Positions 39,285-52,802 are shown, numbered from the whole stretch's first letter. The stretch is 63,627 nt of DNA, filler included, from Octopus bimaculoides (GCF_001194135.2; 6 parts of 6 records of this genome joined end to end with filler, not necessarily neighbours in it); one strand, 5' to 3'. The notes: generated from the sequence alone by a model not told the origin. A program made the numbers and translations.

Positions 39285-41187
39285 AAAAAAGTTACTGACC
39301 CTGCCCGAAAGTCAACTTGAACAGGCCGGTCTGGTATTCCTCGTCGACGGCCAGGTTCACCACAAGATCGTCGTCGTACTTCCCCTCCACTAATCCCCTA
39401 TAGAATGCTTTGGTTGTGCTGAAGTCGCTCAAAGTCGCCCGGGACGGCATAGTTGCTTGAGAGCAACGCGACATTGCGGTGCCATTTGCCCTTCATCGGC
39501 CTCTTTTTGATCCACGACTGCATTTCGGTCGTGGAGACGAGCTGCGGGAAAGCGCGTCTCACAAACGGCGATCACACCTGTTCATCGTCTTCAGCGTAGA
39601 GCAGGAGATGTCGCAGTCCCAACGCGTGTCTGCGCATCATCAACCACGGTATACCCATCCCTCCTTTTAACGGGTGTTGGCAGCAAACGGATCGCCTGAC
39701 CATCAGAACGCATCCTTTCCACAAGAAGCGGAAGAAAATGCGTTCTAGTTTGGTGATGGTAGGGTCGGGACTAGGCACAACGGTCAGGCGGTAGTAGATG
39801 ACAGACGCGATGTACGTGTTCGTCACCTCCGCCCGACCTACTCGTTATCTCGTTCCCGCTCTTCTCCGTTTGGAGGTCCGGACCAAACCAGATCCCGAGC
39901 AACTCGACCGGACCGTCGGTCCAGCATGGGCTTACTGACTTTTCCCGGTTGATTTTCGCTCCTATTACCGCTTCATAGTCTTTCAGTGCTTCTGGATAGA
40001 CACTATGACGGTGACATCGTCCACGTATGCAGACACGCTCGTCCCGCATCCCAATTCTCGCGGGATGCCCCTCAGCGTCGCCCGCTTCCGCAGTAATATC
40101 TCGAGATTCAATACGTATAGAAGCGACGAGAGGGGGCATCCTTGACGGACCGAACGTGCAATGTCGAAAGGTCTCGATAGATGTCCATTTACACGGATTA
40201 CCGAACGGATGCCTCTGTTTAAAGCAGCTATCCATCCACAGAAGATGGGGCCGAAACCAGCCGCTATGAGGACAGCCTCCAAGTATCGATGGCCTACCCC
40301 ATCGAAAGCTTTGGATTGATCCAAGTTGAGCAGGTCCCCACCGATGCCAGGTTCCTTAACTACCCTATCTATGATGTAGCGCATCAGATGGAGTTCGTCA
40401 TGGTTGCTCCGTCCCGGCTCAGCGCACGTTTGAACCTTGTCGACCAGTTTCTCGGTGACAAGCGCCAACCTCTTGGCTAACATCATAGCCAAAATTTTCA
40501 AGTCTGTATTGTGTAGAGTGATGGGCCTGAAGTTATCTATTTCGTCCCATTTGTTTGGATCTTTCTTCAGCAGCGTTACAGGCCCTCGGTTCACAAAACC
40601 GGGGATGTTCCCATTTTGCTGCCAGTTGCGGTACACTGCTGCCAAGACGTCTCCAGACATGTCTAGCATACAACTGTAAAGCTCGTAGGGTAGACCATCC
40701 AAACCCGGCGATGTGTCCCTCGAGCATTCTGCCATCGCGTCTCGCACTTCCACCGCCGTGATGGCACCTTCGCAGCACCCTGCCTCTCTTGTCGAGAGTC
40801 GTGGTAGGCTGTGCAGGTAGGCACTGAAGTCCTCCCTGCGTTCTCGCTCACCAATCGTCCCGAAATGTCGGGCAAAATGCTGTTGAAAGGCTTCACACAT
40901 CTTACTTGGCTCGAGTAATTCGCACCCCTTTTCATCTACCAGAGACCGAATGGTGGCTTTGTTGCCCTGTTGCGCCTCTGCATCCGGGTCTCTCGCGCGG
41001 CTCCGATACCTTCGTTCCTTAGAGCACGCATCCTAGCTCTGACAACACACCCTTCGTGTTTAGCGTTGAAGTGTTGGTCGAGGGCAAACCTTGCCGCCGA
41101 AACGTCGGATACGATGCCATTTCTAATCGCCTCTTCTAGCTTCTTAACTAGGTCACCCTCTAATCTATTTCTATCTGAAGCTAGGAC
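39285..41187 (-). mobile_element. Tx1/L1-clade LINE relic (linker + RT + post-RT)
   Basis: SPGLDGLPYELY, FRPITLHNTDLKILA, LDQSKAFDGV, SVRQGCPLSSLLY, SAYVDDVT, LLGIWFG, FRFLWKG, GGMGIP. Confidence 0.92.
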
Positions 41188-41521
41188 GTCGCTGCTCGTA
41201 TATGTATGTGTAAATACTTGTAAGCTTATGCTACGGAATAACGGTGCTGAAGATAGCAGTAGGTATAATTTTTTTTTTACCTTAAACTTGAAACGAGATC
41301 TTGTACATGTTTACCCACAAGTTAAATTCATTATCTTTATTTTGCTCGACTTCAGCGTATGTTTTTAGAATCCTTTAAGGTCGTGTTGGCGTCATTTGGC
41401 GTCTACTTTCAGCGCGTGGAGAGGCATAATGCCAATCTCTTGTTATAATTATGTATATAATTATTATAATATTTGTATATATATATACATACACACACGC
41501 ACACGCACGCACACACACACA

Positions 41522-41581
<60 letters not shown>

Positions 41582-41845
41582 CATATATATATATATATGT
41601 ATATATATCAAAATAAGCAACACGGATTTTAAAGATGATTGCAGTACGCTTATNNNNNNNNNNNNNNNNNNNNNNNNNNNNNNNNNNNNNNNNNNNNNNN
41701 NNNNNNNNNNNNNNNNNNNNNNNNNNNNNNNNNNNNNNNNNNNNNNNNNNNNNNNNNNNNNNNNNNNNNNNNNNNNNNNNNNNNNNNNNNNNNNNNNNNN
41801 NNNNNNNNNNNNNNNNNNNNNNNNNNNNNNNNNNNNNNNNNNNNN

Positions 41846-42100
41846 TTTATTTCCAACATATGTTTCGAAGATTACAAATTATACCTTCCATAGGAATCGG
41901 CGGTGTTAAAATGTAATCTCTTCAGGGAAATGCATGGGAACCAGTTTAAACGTAAGACATTTTAACCGAATATCGGTTAAAATGTCTTACGTTTAAACTG
42001 GTTCCCATGCATTTCCCTGAAGAGAAGATTACATTTTTAACATCGCCGATTCCTATGGAAGGTATAATTTGTAATCTTCGAAACATATGTTGGAAATAAA
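41846..42100. repeat. Near-perfect 255-bp palindrome
   Basis: Arms 41846-41969 and 41973-42100 with loop ATA. One substitution and two small indels were seen. Confidence 0.9.
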
Positions 42101-42465
42101 GTATGCAGTTAACATATGCGTTTTACTCCATTCATTGAATTTATATATATATATTAAGGGTGCGAGTATGCTAAAAATACCAACCGGACGAAACTTTTCA
42201 GATGTGATTTTTGTCCAGTTTGCTCTGATGAGATTCTCATCAAAATATTTCCATAATATGAATTTTTATAAATTTGATGTTGGTTCTTGCGTTTGAATCG
42301 AAACAATCGTAGGGATTACATTTATTTTTACATTATGATAATAATAATATAATATTATGTTAATAAATTTAAATATGCCAGTTTAAACTCTCCGTTTTCC
42401 TTTTATTACTGTATATTGTGTATATATACCCATTTGTATAGGAGAAAATTGTTCCTACTACATTG

Positions 42466-42501
<36 letters not shown>

Positions 42502-42608
42502 TGTATATATACCCCCTTTACCTTTTACTCCTTTACTAGTTTCTGTCATTGGACTGTGATCATGCTGGAGCATCACCTAATATATATGCATGTACACGCA
42601 TATATACA

Positions 42609-42640
<32 letters not shown>

Positions 42641-42684
42641 NNNNNNNNNNNNNNNNNNNNNNNNNNNNNNNNNNNNNNNNNNNN

Positions 42685-42696
42685 TTAATTAATTAA
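42685..42696. other. Assembly join spacer
   Basis: 44 N + TTAATTAATTAA + 44 N. Confidence 0.95.
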
Positions 42697-42740
42697 NNNN
42701 NNNNNNNNNNNNNNNNNNNNNNNNNNNNNNNNNNNNNNNN

Positions 42741-42795
<55 letters not shown>

Positions 42796-43247
42796 AAACA
42801 AATATTAATATATATATATAGATTATATCATATACAAATATATGTATATAATATTAAGTATGCTATAGAAAGTATGGGCTATTTACGGAGTGCTGGTAGA
42901 GAGCCAATGCGAAATAATACAAAGTAGAGGAAAATGAAAACGCAAATCCTAGGCAGTCAACCAAATTCCCAAATGCATAAATGAAGGTATTCAATCAATG
43001 TAATTGAATCATATATATTTATACACATGAACATAAATCATGCATGTATAGGTGTAAGGATTCTCCAAGGGTATAAAGAATAAAACTAAACATACATAAA
43101 AATATAGGAGAGATATAAAAGCATATAAAAATATATAGAAAATCACATATAAGGAGTACATGTAAAAAGCGTAATAAATACAGGGGGCACAAAGCAAATT
43201 AGAGGTTGATAAATATAGGAATAAAAATGTCTGTCTTCAAAATGGCA

Positions 43248-43305
43248 GACCGCACTCTTAACCACTATGCCAAGATTCTGAGTTCGATTCCAGGTAGTGA
43301 CCTGA

Positions 43306-43366
<61 letters not shown>

Positions 43367-43530
43367 TAACAACAATAACATCGAAAAATACCTTAGAAAT
43401 GAGAACCCAGGTTCGAAAATCCCACAAGACACCTGATGAAGGCTGGAGGGTTTATCAGCCAAAACGTTGTGTTAACAACAAACAAGATGAGGACAAATAT
43501 CCGTCAATTGTAGATAATGTAAATAATGGA
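43248..43530 (+). mobile_element. tRNA-head/(AAT)n/hammerhead element, copy with inverted A-box segment
   Basis: 43248-43272 is the reverse complement of the head start (tggcatagtggttaagagtgcggtc). The B-box half, (AAT)n and the hammerhead unit with its (TGTAAATAA)-like tail follow. Confidence 0.8.
43428..43473 (+). ncRNA. Hammerhead motif with a G12A lesion
   Basis: GACAC-CTGATGA-A-GGCTG(gagggtttat)CAGCC-AAAAC-GTT-GTGTT. Stems I and II are perfect, but GAAA has become AAAA. Confidence 0.6.
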
Positions 43531-43720
43531 AGATTATGTTCTTATCTTGTATACTAATCTCTATAAATTCGCTTGCAAAAGTGAGGGTTTTATCTAGCAG
43601 TTCCTTAGAGGTAGAAGCATAGAAATCTACAATATCAAATTGAGTAATACTCGAATATATACATATATGCATATCTATATACACACCTACGTACAAACCC
43701 ACGCATACACACACATATAT

Positions 43721-43837
<117 letters not shown>

Positions 43838-43909
43838 CATATATATATATATAAAATATATACACATATATATACACACATACATACACACATCCATACC
43901 CATATATAC

Positions 43910-43943
<34 letters not shown>

Positions 43944-43955
43944 GTATATATATAT

Positions 43956-44806
43956 ATTTTTATATATGACGTTGACCACTAACGTGGACATTCAATGTGC
44001 TAGAAATAGATCACATCTTGTGTCTAATAAGACCTAAATTGTTCTCTACATGAAATATAGCGTGATACCAAAACGTAAGCGGGCAAGACATTTAAAATCA
44101 CCGAAAAAGGAACATTCTTAAACAGGGACCGGTTTCAAAATTTAACAATCTTACCGACTGTCTATTTCTCTTCAGCCTGATTTGTAATGGAACCATAATC
44201 ATCAGAACCCCATACAAAGTTGCCCACCGCCATAGGTNNNNNNNNNNNNNNNNNNNNNNNNNNNNNNNNNNNNNNNNNNNNNNNNNNNNNNNNNNNNNNN
44301 NNNNNNNNNNNNNNNNNNNNNNNNNNNNNNNNNNNNNNNNNNNNNNNNNNNNNNNNNNNNNNNNNNNNNNNNNNNNNNNNNNNNNNNNNNNNNNNNNNNN
44401 NNNNNNNNNNNNNNNNNNNNNNNNNNNNNNNNNNNNNNNNNNNNNNNNNNNNNNNNNNNNNNNNNNNNNNNNNNNNNNNNNNNNNNNNNNNNNNNNNNNN
44501 NNNNNNNNNNNNNNNNNNNNNNNNNNNNNNNNNNNNNNNNNNNNNNNNNNNGGGTTCTGATGATTATGGTTCCATTACAAATCAGGCTGAAGAGAAATAG
44601 ACAGTCGGTAAGATTGTTAAATTTTGAAACCGGTCCCTGTTTAAGAATGTTCCTTTTTCAGTGATTTTAAATGTCTTGCCCGCTTACGTTTTGGTATCAT
44701 GCTATATTTCATGTTGAGAACAATTTAGGTCTTATTAGACACAAGATGTGATCTATTTCTAGCACATTGAATGTCCACGTTAGTGGTCAACGTCATATAT
44801 AAAAAT
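43956..44806. repeat. 255-bp inverted repeat arms flanking an N gap
   Basis: 43956-44210 versus 44552-44806, with 3 substitutions counted. Outer inverted arms lie at about 43645-43950 and 44930-45130. Confidence 0.9.
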
Positions 44807-45017
44807 GTACTTTAATCCCCTGAGATTGCAGATACTGTTTCTGAATCTCTTTGATTCTTTAAATGTGCTAGCTTCCTGGTAATTAATCGATATTAGTTAA
44901 TATATGATTTTTTAAATAATTTTTTAATAATGTATATATATATATATGTATATATGGGTATGGATGTGTGTATATATGTGTGTATATATATGTGTACATA
45001 TTTTATATATATGTATG

Positions 45018-45048
<31 letters not shown>

Positions 45049-45442
45049 ATGTATGTATATATATGTGTGTATGCGTGGGTTTGTACGTAGGTGTGTATAT
45101 AGATATGCATATATGTATATATTTGAGTATATGTGTGTTTGTTTGTGTATACATGCACATACACAAAAGTATAAATGATTATATACATTCATATCAATAT
45201 TTTTATAGAAACACAAGATTAACCCCATTTATAATGCCTTTTTATTACATAACATTCCTCTCTAATTTTTATCGGATTTATATCATCCTATCGTCTCCTA
45301 ATTCTACACTCTGAATTTTCTTTTTTCTTTTCTTTTCTTCCCTTCTTGTCCAACGCACTATCTGGTAGCGTCCTAATCTCCAACGGTTTTTTCAAATGAA
45401 TTACGTTATAACCTTCTCCAACTATAGTTCTCATATTCGATT

Positions 45443-45610
45443 ATGTCTTACGTTTAAGCTGGTCCCCATGCTTTTCCCTGAGGAGAAGTTTACATTTTTA
45501 ACATCGCCGATTCCTATGGATCGCATAAATTGTAATTCTTCGAAACATATGTCGGAATAAAAGTATGCAGTTATAATATGTGTTCACTCCATTCTTTAAA
45601 TTTATATATA
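45443..45610 (+). repeat. Diverged direct copy of the palindrome right arm and its flank (41984-42150)
   Basis: atgtcttacgtttaa..tttaacatcgccgattcctatgga..cttcgaaacatatgt..aagtatgcagtta is collinear, with many substitutions. Confidence 0.8.
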
Positions 45611-45802
45611 CTCAAATACCCAAAATATCAAGAAGTTTCTACCTCATAAACAGGAGTTACACCACAGTTATTTTGTGATCTTTGCTACTCTGGTATGTAT
45701 TAACCAATTTATTTTATCCGAGTTATTTATTACTAGGAGAAAATAAATACATATAATAAAATATATGTATATATATTATGTATCTATATTTATATATATA
45801 TA

Positions 45803-45908
<106 letters not shown>

Positions 45909-45938
45909 TATATACACATATATATTATGTATATATAT

Positions 45939-48457
45939 GGTCCATTGTGCTGTAGTTCTTTCGGAACCCGGCTTGCTCCCTCGGTTGTTGTTCATCGAGA
46001 TAATGTGACAACCTGTTCAGAATTATCTTTGCGAACAGCTTGTACACATGAGACAGCGGCAAATGGGTCGGTAGTTCTTTAGATCTTCTCAATCACCCTT
46101 TGTATATAGTTGGATGGTATTTGACTCTTTCCAATGCGAGGGAATTCTTCCCTCATTTAGGTAGTGTGTGAATCACTCGGCGAGGATTTTCCAGAGCTGC
46201 TCTCTGCCTGACTTTAACATCTCCGATGTTATACCGTCTTTCCTTGGCGCCTTTCCATTTTTCATCAATCTGATGGCTCTTTCGACCTCACTGACAAGGA
46301 TAGATGGTACATTTTCTTCTTGTTCGAGCGGTGGTAACAGCTGGACATTTCCGGTAGACTTGAAGAGCTTGATGTAGAAGTCTTCGCAACCTTTCTCCAT
46401 CTAGCTCAAATCGTAGACTGGTACTCCATCTGTATTCTTCAGAGCCATCACCTCCCATCTATATAGTGCCATGTCTCTCTTGCATTTCTTGAGGCTCTTC
46501 TTTTCTTCTGCAGCCTTCAGGAGCTTCTCCATCCGGTATGCCTCAAAGTCTCTCTTCAGTTGCTGACGAATCACTCTGCTGAGAAGGGAATATTCAAGTT
46601 GATCTTCAATAGTCCACTTCATATTTTTCCTCTTCTCAAGTAACTTCATAGTTTCCTCCGAGACTCTCCCCTCCTCTCTCAGACACCATCCCTTAGCCTT
46701 TCTTAAACACTTCTCAGTTTCCCTGTCAGTGAGTTGTAGTCATCGTCTATGTCATCTCCTTTGCACCAGGTTTCCTGCATGATGGCTTCCTGCAGCTTCG
46801 CCTCGTTGAAGACTCGGACATGTTTTCTCTTCAACGCCAAATGCAGCACCTTCTTCTCCCTTGTCCTGTCGATGACGACCCATGCCCTCACCAGACGATG
46901 ATCGCTGCCGGTGTTGAATAGATCTGGACGATCTTGAGGGTGGCCTTCCCTGAGAGGTTTACGTTCAGTACACCAATCCATGATGATATGAACTGGCAAG
47001 AAGCAACCCTCAAAGCCCGTTCCTTACTTACGATGAATCCGATACCTCCGACCGATCTGGTACCTTCTGCTCTCTCTAATCTCACAGTGCATCCATCTTG
47101 CCATCGTATACTCACCTCCTTCTTCTGGCGGATCTCGCACAGCCCTAACATGTCGCACCTGATTTTCTTCCTCTCCTCCATTAGGTGGTTCAGTTCTTGC
47201 CACCCTGCCAAGGACCTGCAGTCTTAGGTGCATATGGAAAGATTAGTCCTGTTCCATGACGGCCCACGGGAACCTGTGATACTCAGCAGCCTCTCGTCAC
47301 TCGGGTTGCATCCTGCTGTCATGGAGTGGCCCAACTGTCGTGCAGAGCACTGAGGCCCTTCTCCTTTTCTCTTCGTTCTTCGTGCTGTTTTAGCCATACG
47401 ATGACGCCATCCCACTGGCTGGGCGGCCAGGCCGAAATTTTGTTGGATGGCTGTTAACTGTTCATCCGCCCTTCGATGGGTCTTATTTTTCATCCTACAT
47501 GGTATCCAACAACAGCCTCCTCATTAAACGAGCCTAGTGGGGTTGTCAGTTAAGTCGCCGACGACCCGACCATGCAACAGGCTGTACGGGATTACATGTT
47601 ACCAGTAGCACTCTAGAGCGATCTGACATACTCTAACACAACTGCTTGAGCAAGCGAACAATTACATGCTGCCTCTTTGCATTGCATTTGTAGACTATGA
47701 GAAGGCCTTTGACAGCGTCGAAATCAATGCAGAGCTGAACTTGCTACAGAGGCAAGGAGTTGAGGCGCAATATGTGTAACTGCTCAGTGAGGTAAATTCC
47801 AGATGCACCACCGACATAGCTCTGCTGTCATCACTCGTACGAGTGCCGGTCGAGAAGGGAGTGAAGCAAAGAGATACGATCTCTCCAAAACTTTTCACTG
47901 CATGTCTCGAGCAGATCATCAGAGGCATCAACTGGCAAGGCAGTGTCAACATCAATGGCGAGCTACTCATTCACCTCTGTTTCACTGTTGACATTGTAAT
48001 CATCGCTGAAACCACGGATCAGCTTCTGATCATGCTGACGGAGGTCGATATCAAACGCTCTGCAGTAGGTCTCAAAATGAACCGCATGAAAACGAAGTTC
48101 ATGCGGTCTGTCAATGCTTGGAATCTCGTTGAGAGAGCACATCAGTAGCGAGGTCATCAGACGGAAGTCCGGCGTGAGGGATGTTATCGTAGAATATGCA
48201 TGCAGCAAGTTTAGATGGGCTGGACACATCGCCCGGCTCACCGATAACCGGTGGACCCGCGCAGTTGTCGAGTGGTACCCGCACAAGCGAAAACGACCAC
48301 TCGGAAGGCCTCCACAATGGTGCAGTTACGATTTTAGGAGGGCGATTGGAACCATGTGGATGAGGAAGGCGTAATCCAGAGAGAAGTGGACAGTGTGCTG
48401 TGACCAGCAGTGTCAAATAGACACCCAATGAACTGGTCAGTCAAGGTGATCAAGATG
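45939..48457. mobile_element. RTE-clade LINE with inverted 5' half and 17-bp TSD
   Basis: Minus strand from about 47620 to 45939: 5' UTR, APE (LGLCEIR, SDHRLV), GKAPRKDGITSEMLK, KNYRPIC..EQAGFRKNYSTMDHI. Plus strand from about 47627: HTLTQLLEQ..AFVDYEKAFDS..KGVKQRDTISPKLF..KFRWAGHIAR..RPLGRPP. TSD ATATTATGTATATATAT at 45922-45938 and 48458-48474. Confidence 0.93.
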
Positions 48458-48461
48458 ATAT

Positions 48462-48497
<36 letters not shown>

Positions 48498-49144
48498 GTA
48501 TATAAATATATAGTTTTAGGGAAAAGAACCAAGATTCATGAACTCATCGATGAAAATCCACTGTCACATATAGAAAAATTAATAATTAAAAGCACAATAA
48601 ATGAGTATCATTTCAACATAATATAAGACTTCGATTTGAATAGGGTTGAAATATTTTCGATTATTTTTTATTAATGATATTTGATTAATAATTAGTCTTT
48701 ATTGTTTAAAATATCGTTAAAGGTTATTTTTTATTAAAAATTAGGCTATATAAAGTTTAATCTTTCATTCATAATAATTTTTTTCATTATTAATTTTTTC
48801 ATTCCTATTTTTATTTTTATTTCTACGTTTGTAGAAACAAGTATTCTTGTATTTTTCTATTATTCAATTGGTTTTTAATGATAATTAAATAAACGTTTTT
48901 AGTCATAAATAGTCTAGCTTTAACTATTACACCGGTTAAATATGTACTAATATTATCTTTATTATTATTTTAACCTTAAACTTCGTTCAAATTGTATTTA
49001 AAACGATAATAATTTATCTAAGCTGGTTTTTGTATATAATATACATGTTAGTATATATTATAATGGATGTAGGGATGATTATGGAATGTTTATTATTTTG
49101 NNNNNNNNNNNNNNNNNNNNNNNNNNNNNNNNNNNNNNNNNNNN

Positions 49145-49156
49145 TTAATTAATTAA
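49145..49156. other. Assembly join spacer
   Basis: 44 N + TTAATTAATTAA + 44 N. Confidence 0.95.
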
Positions 49157-49208
49157 NNNNNNNNNNNNNNNNNNNNNNNNNNNNNNNNNNNNNNNNNNNN
49201 TATATATA

Positions 49209-49240
<32 letters not shown>

Positions 49241-49272
49241 ATTATGCACATATATATATATGCATATACATG

Positions 49273-50182
49273 TACGAGGTGGTATTAAAAGGTTCCCGGA
49301 CTAGTTATATTTAATAAAAAAAAATTACTTATTTTCCTAAGGTTTAGCTTCATCTCCTTCCGAATAGTTACCTTGAGCAGGAACCTCCAGCCCCAGCCTC
49401 CCTGCCACTTTTCGAATCCGGCCTGGAAATCGTTTTTCGTAAGCGAGACGAGGCCCTTCTGCGATTCGTTCTGGATCTCGACAACGGACTTAAAACGGTG
49501 ATCTTCGAGCTGGCTTTTAATGTTGAAGAAGAGATGGGAGTCCGTAGGTTCTAAATCTGGCGAATGGGCGCAGGCGGACACGCTACGATGTTGATTTGGT
49601 CGGAAAACACATGATGTGAGCTCGGTGACAAGGGGCATCGTCATCGTAAAGAATCCAATTATCCGTACTCCACAGATCCTGTCGCTTTCCCCGAATGTCC
49701 TCTCTCAAATGCTTTAAAACGTCGCAGAACTTTCGAATGACGGGCTGGCACTGGGGTCAGATGCACAATACCACATTTCCGGGAATGACGTTCGTGGCAG
49801 GTCTCTAGATTGCTCATCATCTTCCATGGACGTTCTTCCGGTTTTTGAAGTGCCCGTGCCGCTCGAAACATTGCGTACGACCCATTGTCTCGTCATCGTA
49901 AGATTGCCAAAGCATGCTCAATGTCTTTGTTGCACACTTCCCAGGTTTAATTCAAAATTTCACGTTGGCTCTTTGTTCCTGTCCATTACAAAATTGCGGC
50001 TACAGCATACACACGTGATCAGAGAAACACAAATTTCACAACTTGCGAAGTAAACACAATGATATCATTCGGTACACTGCCTCATGGGATCAATGGTAGC
50101 TTTCACTGCGTACGCACACTTGTGGTGCCCTCTATTGGCATGCTACGGAACTAGTCCGCAAACTTTTTGCTACCATCTAATA
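49273..50182 (-). mobile_element. Internally deleted mariner element with both TIRs
   Basis: Left TAcgaggtggtattaaaaggttcccggactagtt versus right (rc) TAttagatggtagcaaaaagtttgcggactagtt. Transposase remnants: FKTGRTSMEDD, HSPDLEPTDSHLF, KSQLEDHRFKSVVEIQ..DFQAGFEKWQ. Confidence 0.85.
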
Positions 50183-50214
50183 TATTTACGTATCTATACA
50201 TCCATACATGGATG

Positions 50215-50310
50215 ACTTTCTCTATTCCCGAGCGTTAAACTAATACATCCTTTTGTTGTTTACACCACCTGTCCTCGTCTGTTGTTTTTTTCGTAAATTC
50301 TCCCATATAT
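50215..50310 (+). repeat. PLE-type 3' terminal fragment (homologous to 58328-58425)
   Basis: gactttctctattcccgagcgttaaactaatacatcc..ttgttgtttacaccacctgtc.tcgtctgttgttttttcgtaaattctccc is shared almost exactly. Confidence 0.8.
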
Positions 50311-50386
50311 ATATATATATACACACACACATATGAAACATAGACAAAGATACACTCAAATGCACTCACACACACACACACACACT

Positions 50387-50456
<70 letters not shown>

Positions 50457-51039
50457 CATACGTTTGTGTGTGCGTATGTGTGAAATGCAAACAACATTGT
50501 ATTGTTTCCACGTTTTCCGACGATAAATAATTAATGCAAATATTCAAATTAGATTGAACAGGAAACTTGCAGAAGCGTACACAAAATGCCATTGCATACA
50601 GATAATATTCAAATATCTTCCTCAAGAGAGATAACCTAGAAGTTATCATTTCCAAACAACACTCAAAGTTAGTCCGTTGCAGTTTCACTTACGCAATATT
50701 ATTATATTTTCAATTCCTTGACATCTTGCAGAAACAAAACTATGTTTGGTATACCATTGCTTCAGTATAAAAACAAAATATATTCTAACATATTATTGAT
50801 TCTATTATTGCTGGCTTTTTTTCTTTTTGCCTCAGACAACTGAAAAAATAACTGTTAAAATGACTTGAGCTTTGCTTTTCATTGATTTTGGTTCTATGCA
50901 TTGAAATGTCGAACGCTAATTGAATGAACAAGATCTCTCTCTAATAGAATTGGATATTCTAAATGAGTTTAGTTCTCAACCATTCTTAAGGTCAATACTT
51001 GATACAGTTCCTTATGTAGATGCCGTTATGTATATGAAC

Positions 51040-51270
51040 TCGCATGGCCTAGTCGGTAGAGTGTTGTACTGATGATCGTGGGAGCGTGATTTCAATCCCT
51101 GGAAGGGGTGGTGCATTTTGTTCTTAAGCAAAACGCTTCATTTCACGCTGCTCTGCAAGCTCTTCGAAACCTGACGTGTGGTACATTTGTACAGATTTGA
51201 AGGAGAGGGGAGCTTGTGTACAGCAACAACATTTGATCACTATAAACAAATCATATATGCTGGTCATTCC
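51040..51270 (+). mobile_element. tRNA-derived SINE family 4, diverged
   Basis: gcatggcctagtcggtagagtgttgtac..ttgttcttaagcaaaacgcttcatttcacgctgctc. Confidence 0.6.
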
Positions 51271-51796
51271 GCAAGAAATTACAGAACCATCTCTCTCAGA
51301 GTGGGAGAGATTACCATGGGTGCTTATGGACTGTGTATTATTTTCCGTCTTTCTTTTCTCTTCATTTCCCTTTCTCTCTTTTTTTATTTCTACTCCTTTT
51401 CCCAATATCTCATTTCCCCACCACCACCAAACCCTACAACAAGAATCTTATANNNNNNNNNNNNNNNNNNNNNNNNNNNNNNNNNNNNNNNNNNNNNNNN
51501 NNNNNNNNNNNNNNNNNNNNNNNNNNNNNNNNNNNNNNNNNNNNNNNNNNNNNNNNNNNNNNNNNNNNNNNNNNNNNNNNNNNNNNNNNNNNNNNNNNNN
51601 NNNNNNNNNNNNNNNNNNNNNNNNNNNNNNNNNNNNNNNNNNNNNNNNNNNNNNNNNNNNNNNNNNNNNNNNNNNNNNNNNNNNNNNNNNNNNNNNNNNN
51701 NNNNNNNNNNNNNNNNNNNNNNNNNNNNNNNNNNNNNNNNNNNNNNNNNNNNNNNNNNNNNNNNNNNNNNNNNNNNNNNNNNNNNNNNNNNNNNNN

Positions 51797-51844
<48 letters not shown>

Positions 51845-52442
51845 TGTATGTATGTATGTACATATGTATATGTATGTATATATATATATATATATATATA
51901 TCTATATATATATATATAATATGCAAATTTCATTATGTCCTCTGTTGTAATTTCCCTGTAGACCATGGTGCACCCACAGAAGAATGTCAGAACAACACGA
52001 CATTAACTCCATGTATATATGTATGTATGCATGCATGCATGTATGTATGTTTGTATGTATGTGTGTCTGTATGTTTGTGTGTATGTAGGAATGTGTGTAT
52101 GTATGTGTGTCTGTATGTTTGTACTTACGTACGTATGTACATCTGTACGTATCTATGTATGCTTACATAAATGGACGAAGAGATGGAAGGAATCTCTCGT
52201 AGAAAACAAAATATGAGCGTTCCGTTTTTGCTGAACGCCCTACACCAATTATTTGTTTTATATTGATCAAATGTATGTGCCTGAACAGATACGTGGGTGT
52301 ACCACACATCAGGTACCAAAGTGATCCGAGAGCAACGCGAGATGATGTGTTCAAGAAAACAAAGCACCACCTCGTCCTGGAATTGAAACACGTTCTCGCC
52401 GCGAGCATGAGTACAGCACCCAAACATCGAGGCCATACATAC

Positions 52443-52476
<34 letters not shown>

Positions 52477-52536
52477 ACGTATGTAAGTATGTATGTGTTT
52501 GCGTGTGTATATATATATATGTGTGTGTGTGTGTGT

Positions 52537-52748
52537 TCTTTTATTCTTTTACTTGATTCAGTCATTTGACTGAGGCCATGCTGGGGCACCGCCTTTAGGT
52601 GAATAAATCGACCCCAGGACTTATTTTTCGTAAGCCTAGTACTTATTCTATCGGTCCTTTTTGCCGAACCGCTAAGTTACAGGGACTTAAACACACCAGC
52701 ATCGGTTGTCAAGCGATGGTGGGAGGGGGGGACAAATACAGACACACA

Positions 52749-52790
<42 letters not shown>
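52537..52790 (-). mobile_element. SINE family 2, 3' half
   Basis: Reverse complement of atcgcttgacaaccgatgctggtgtgttt..cttagcggttcggcaaaa..aagtactaggcttac..gtcaaatgactgaa, as at 57400-57545. Confidence 0.8.
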
Positions 52791-52794
<4 letters not shown>

Positions 52795-52802
52795 TTACCA
52801 CA

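Noticed and set aside
47500-47625. HDV-like ribozyme at the RTE 5' end
   Set aside because: Looked for because RTEs can carry one, but the nested double pseudoknot could not be identified by eye. An RNArobo/Infernal search is needed.
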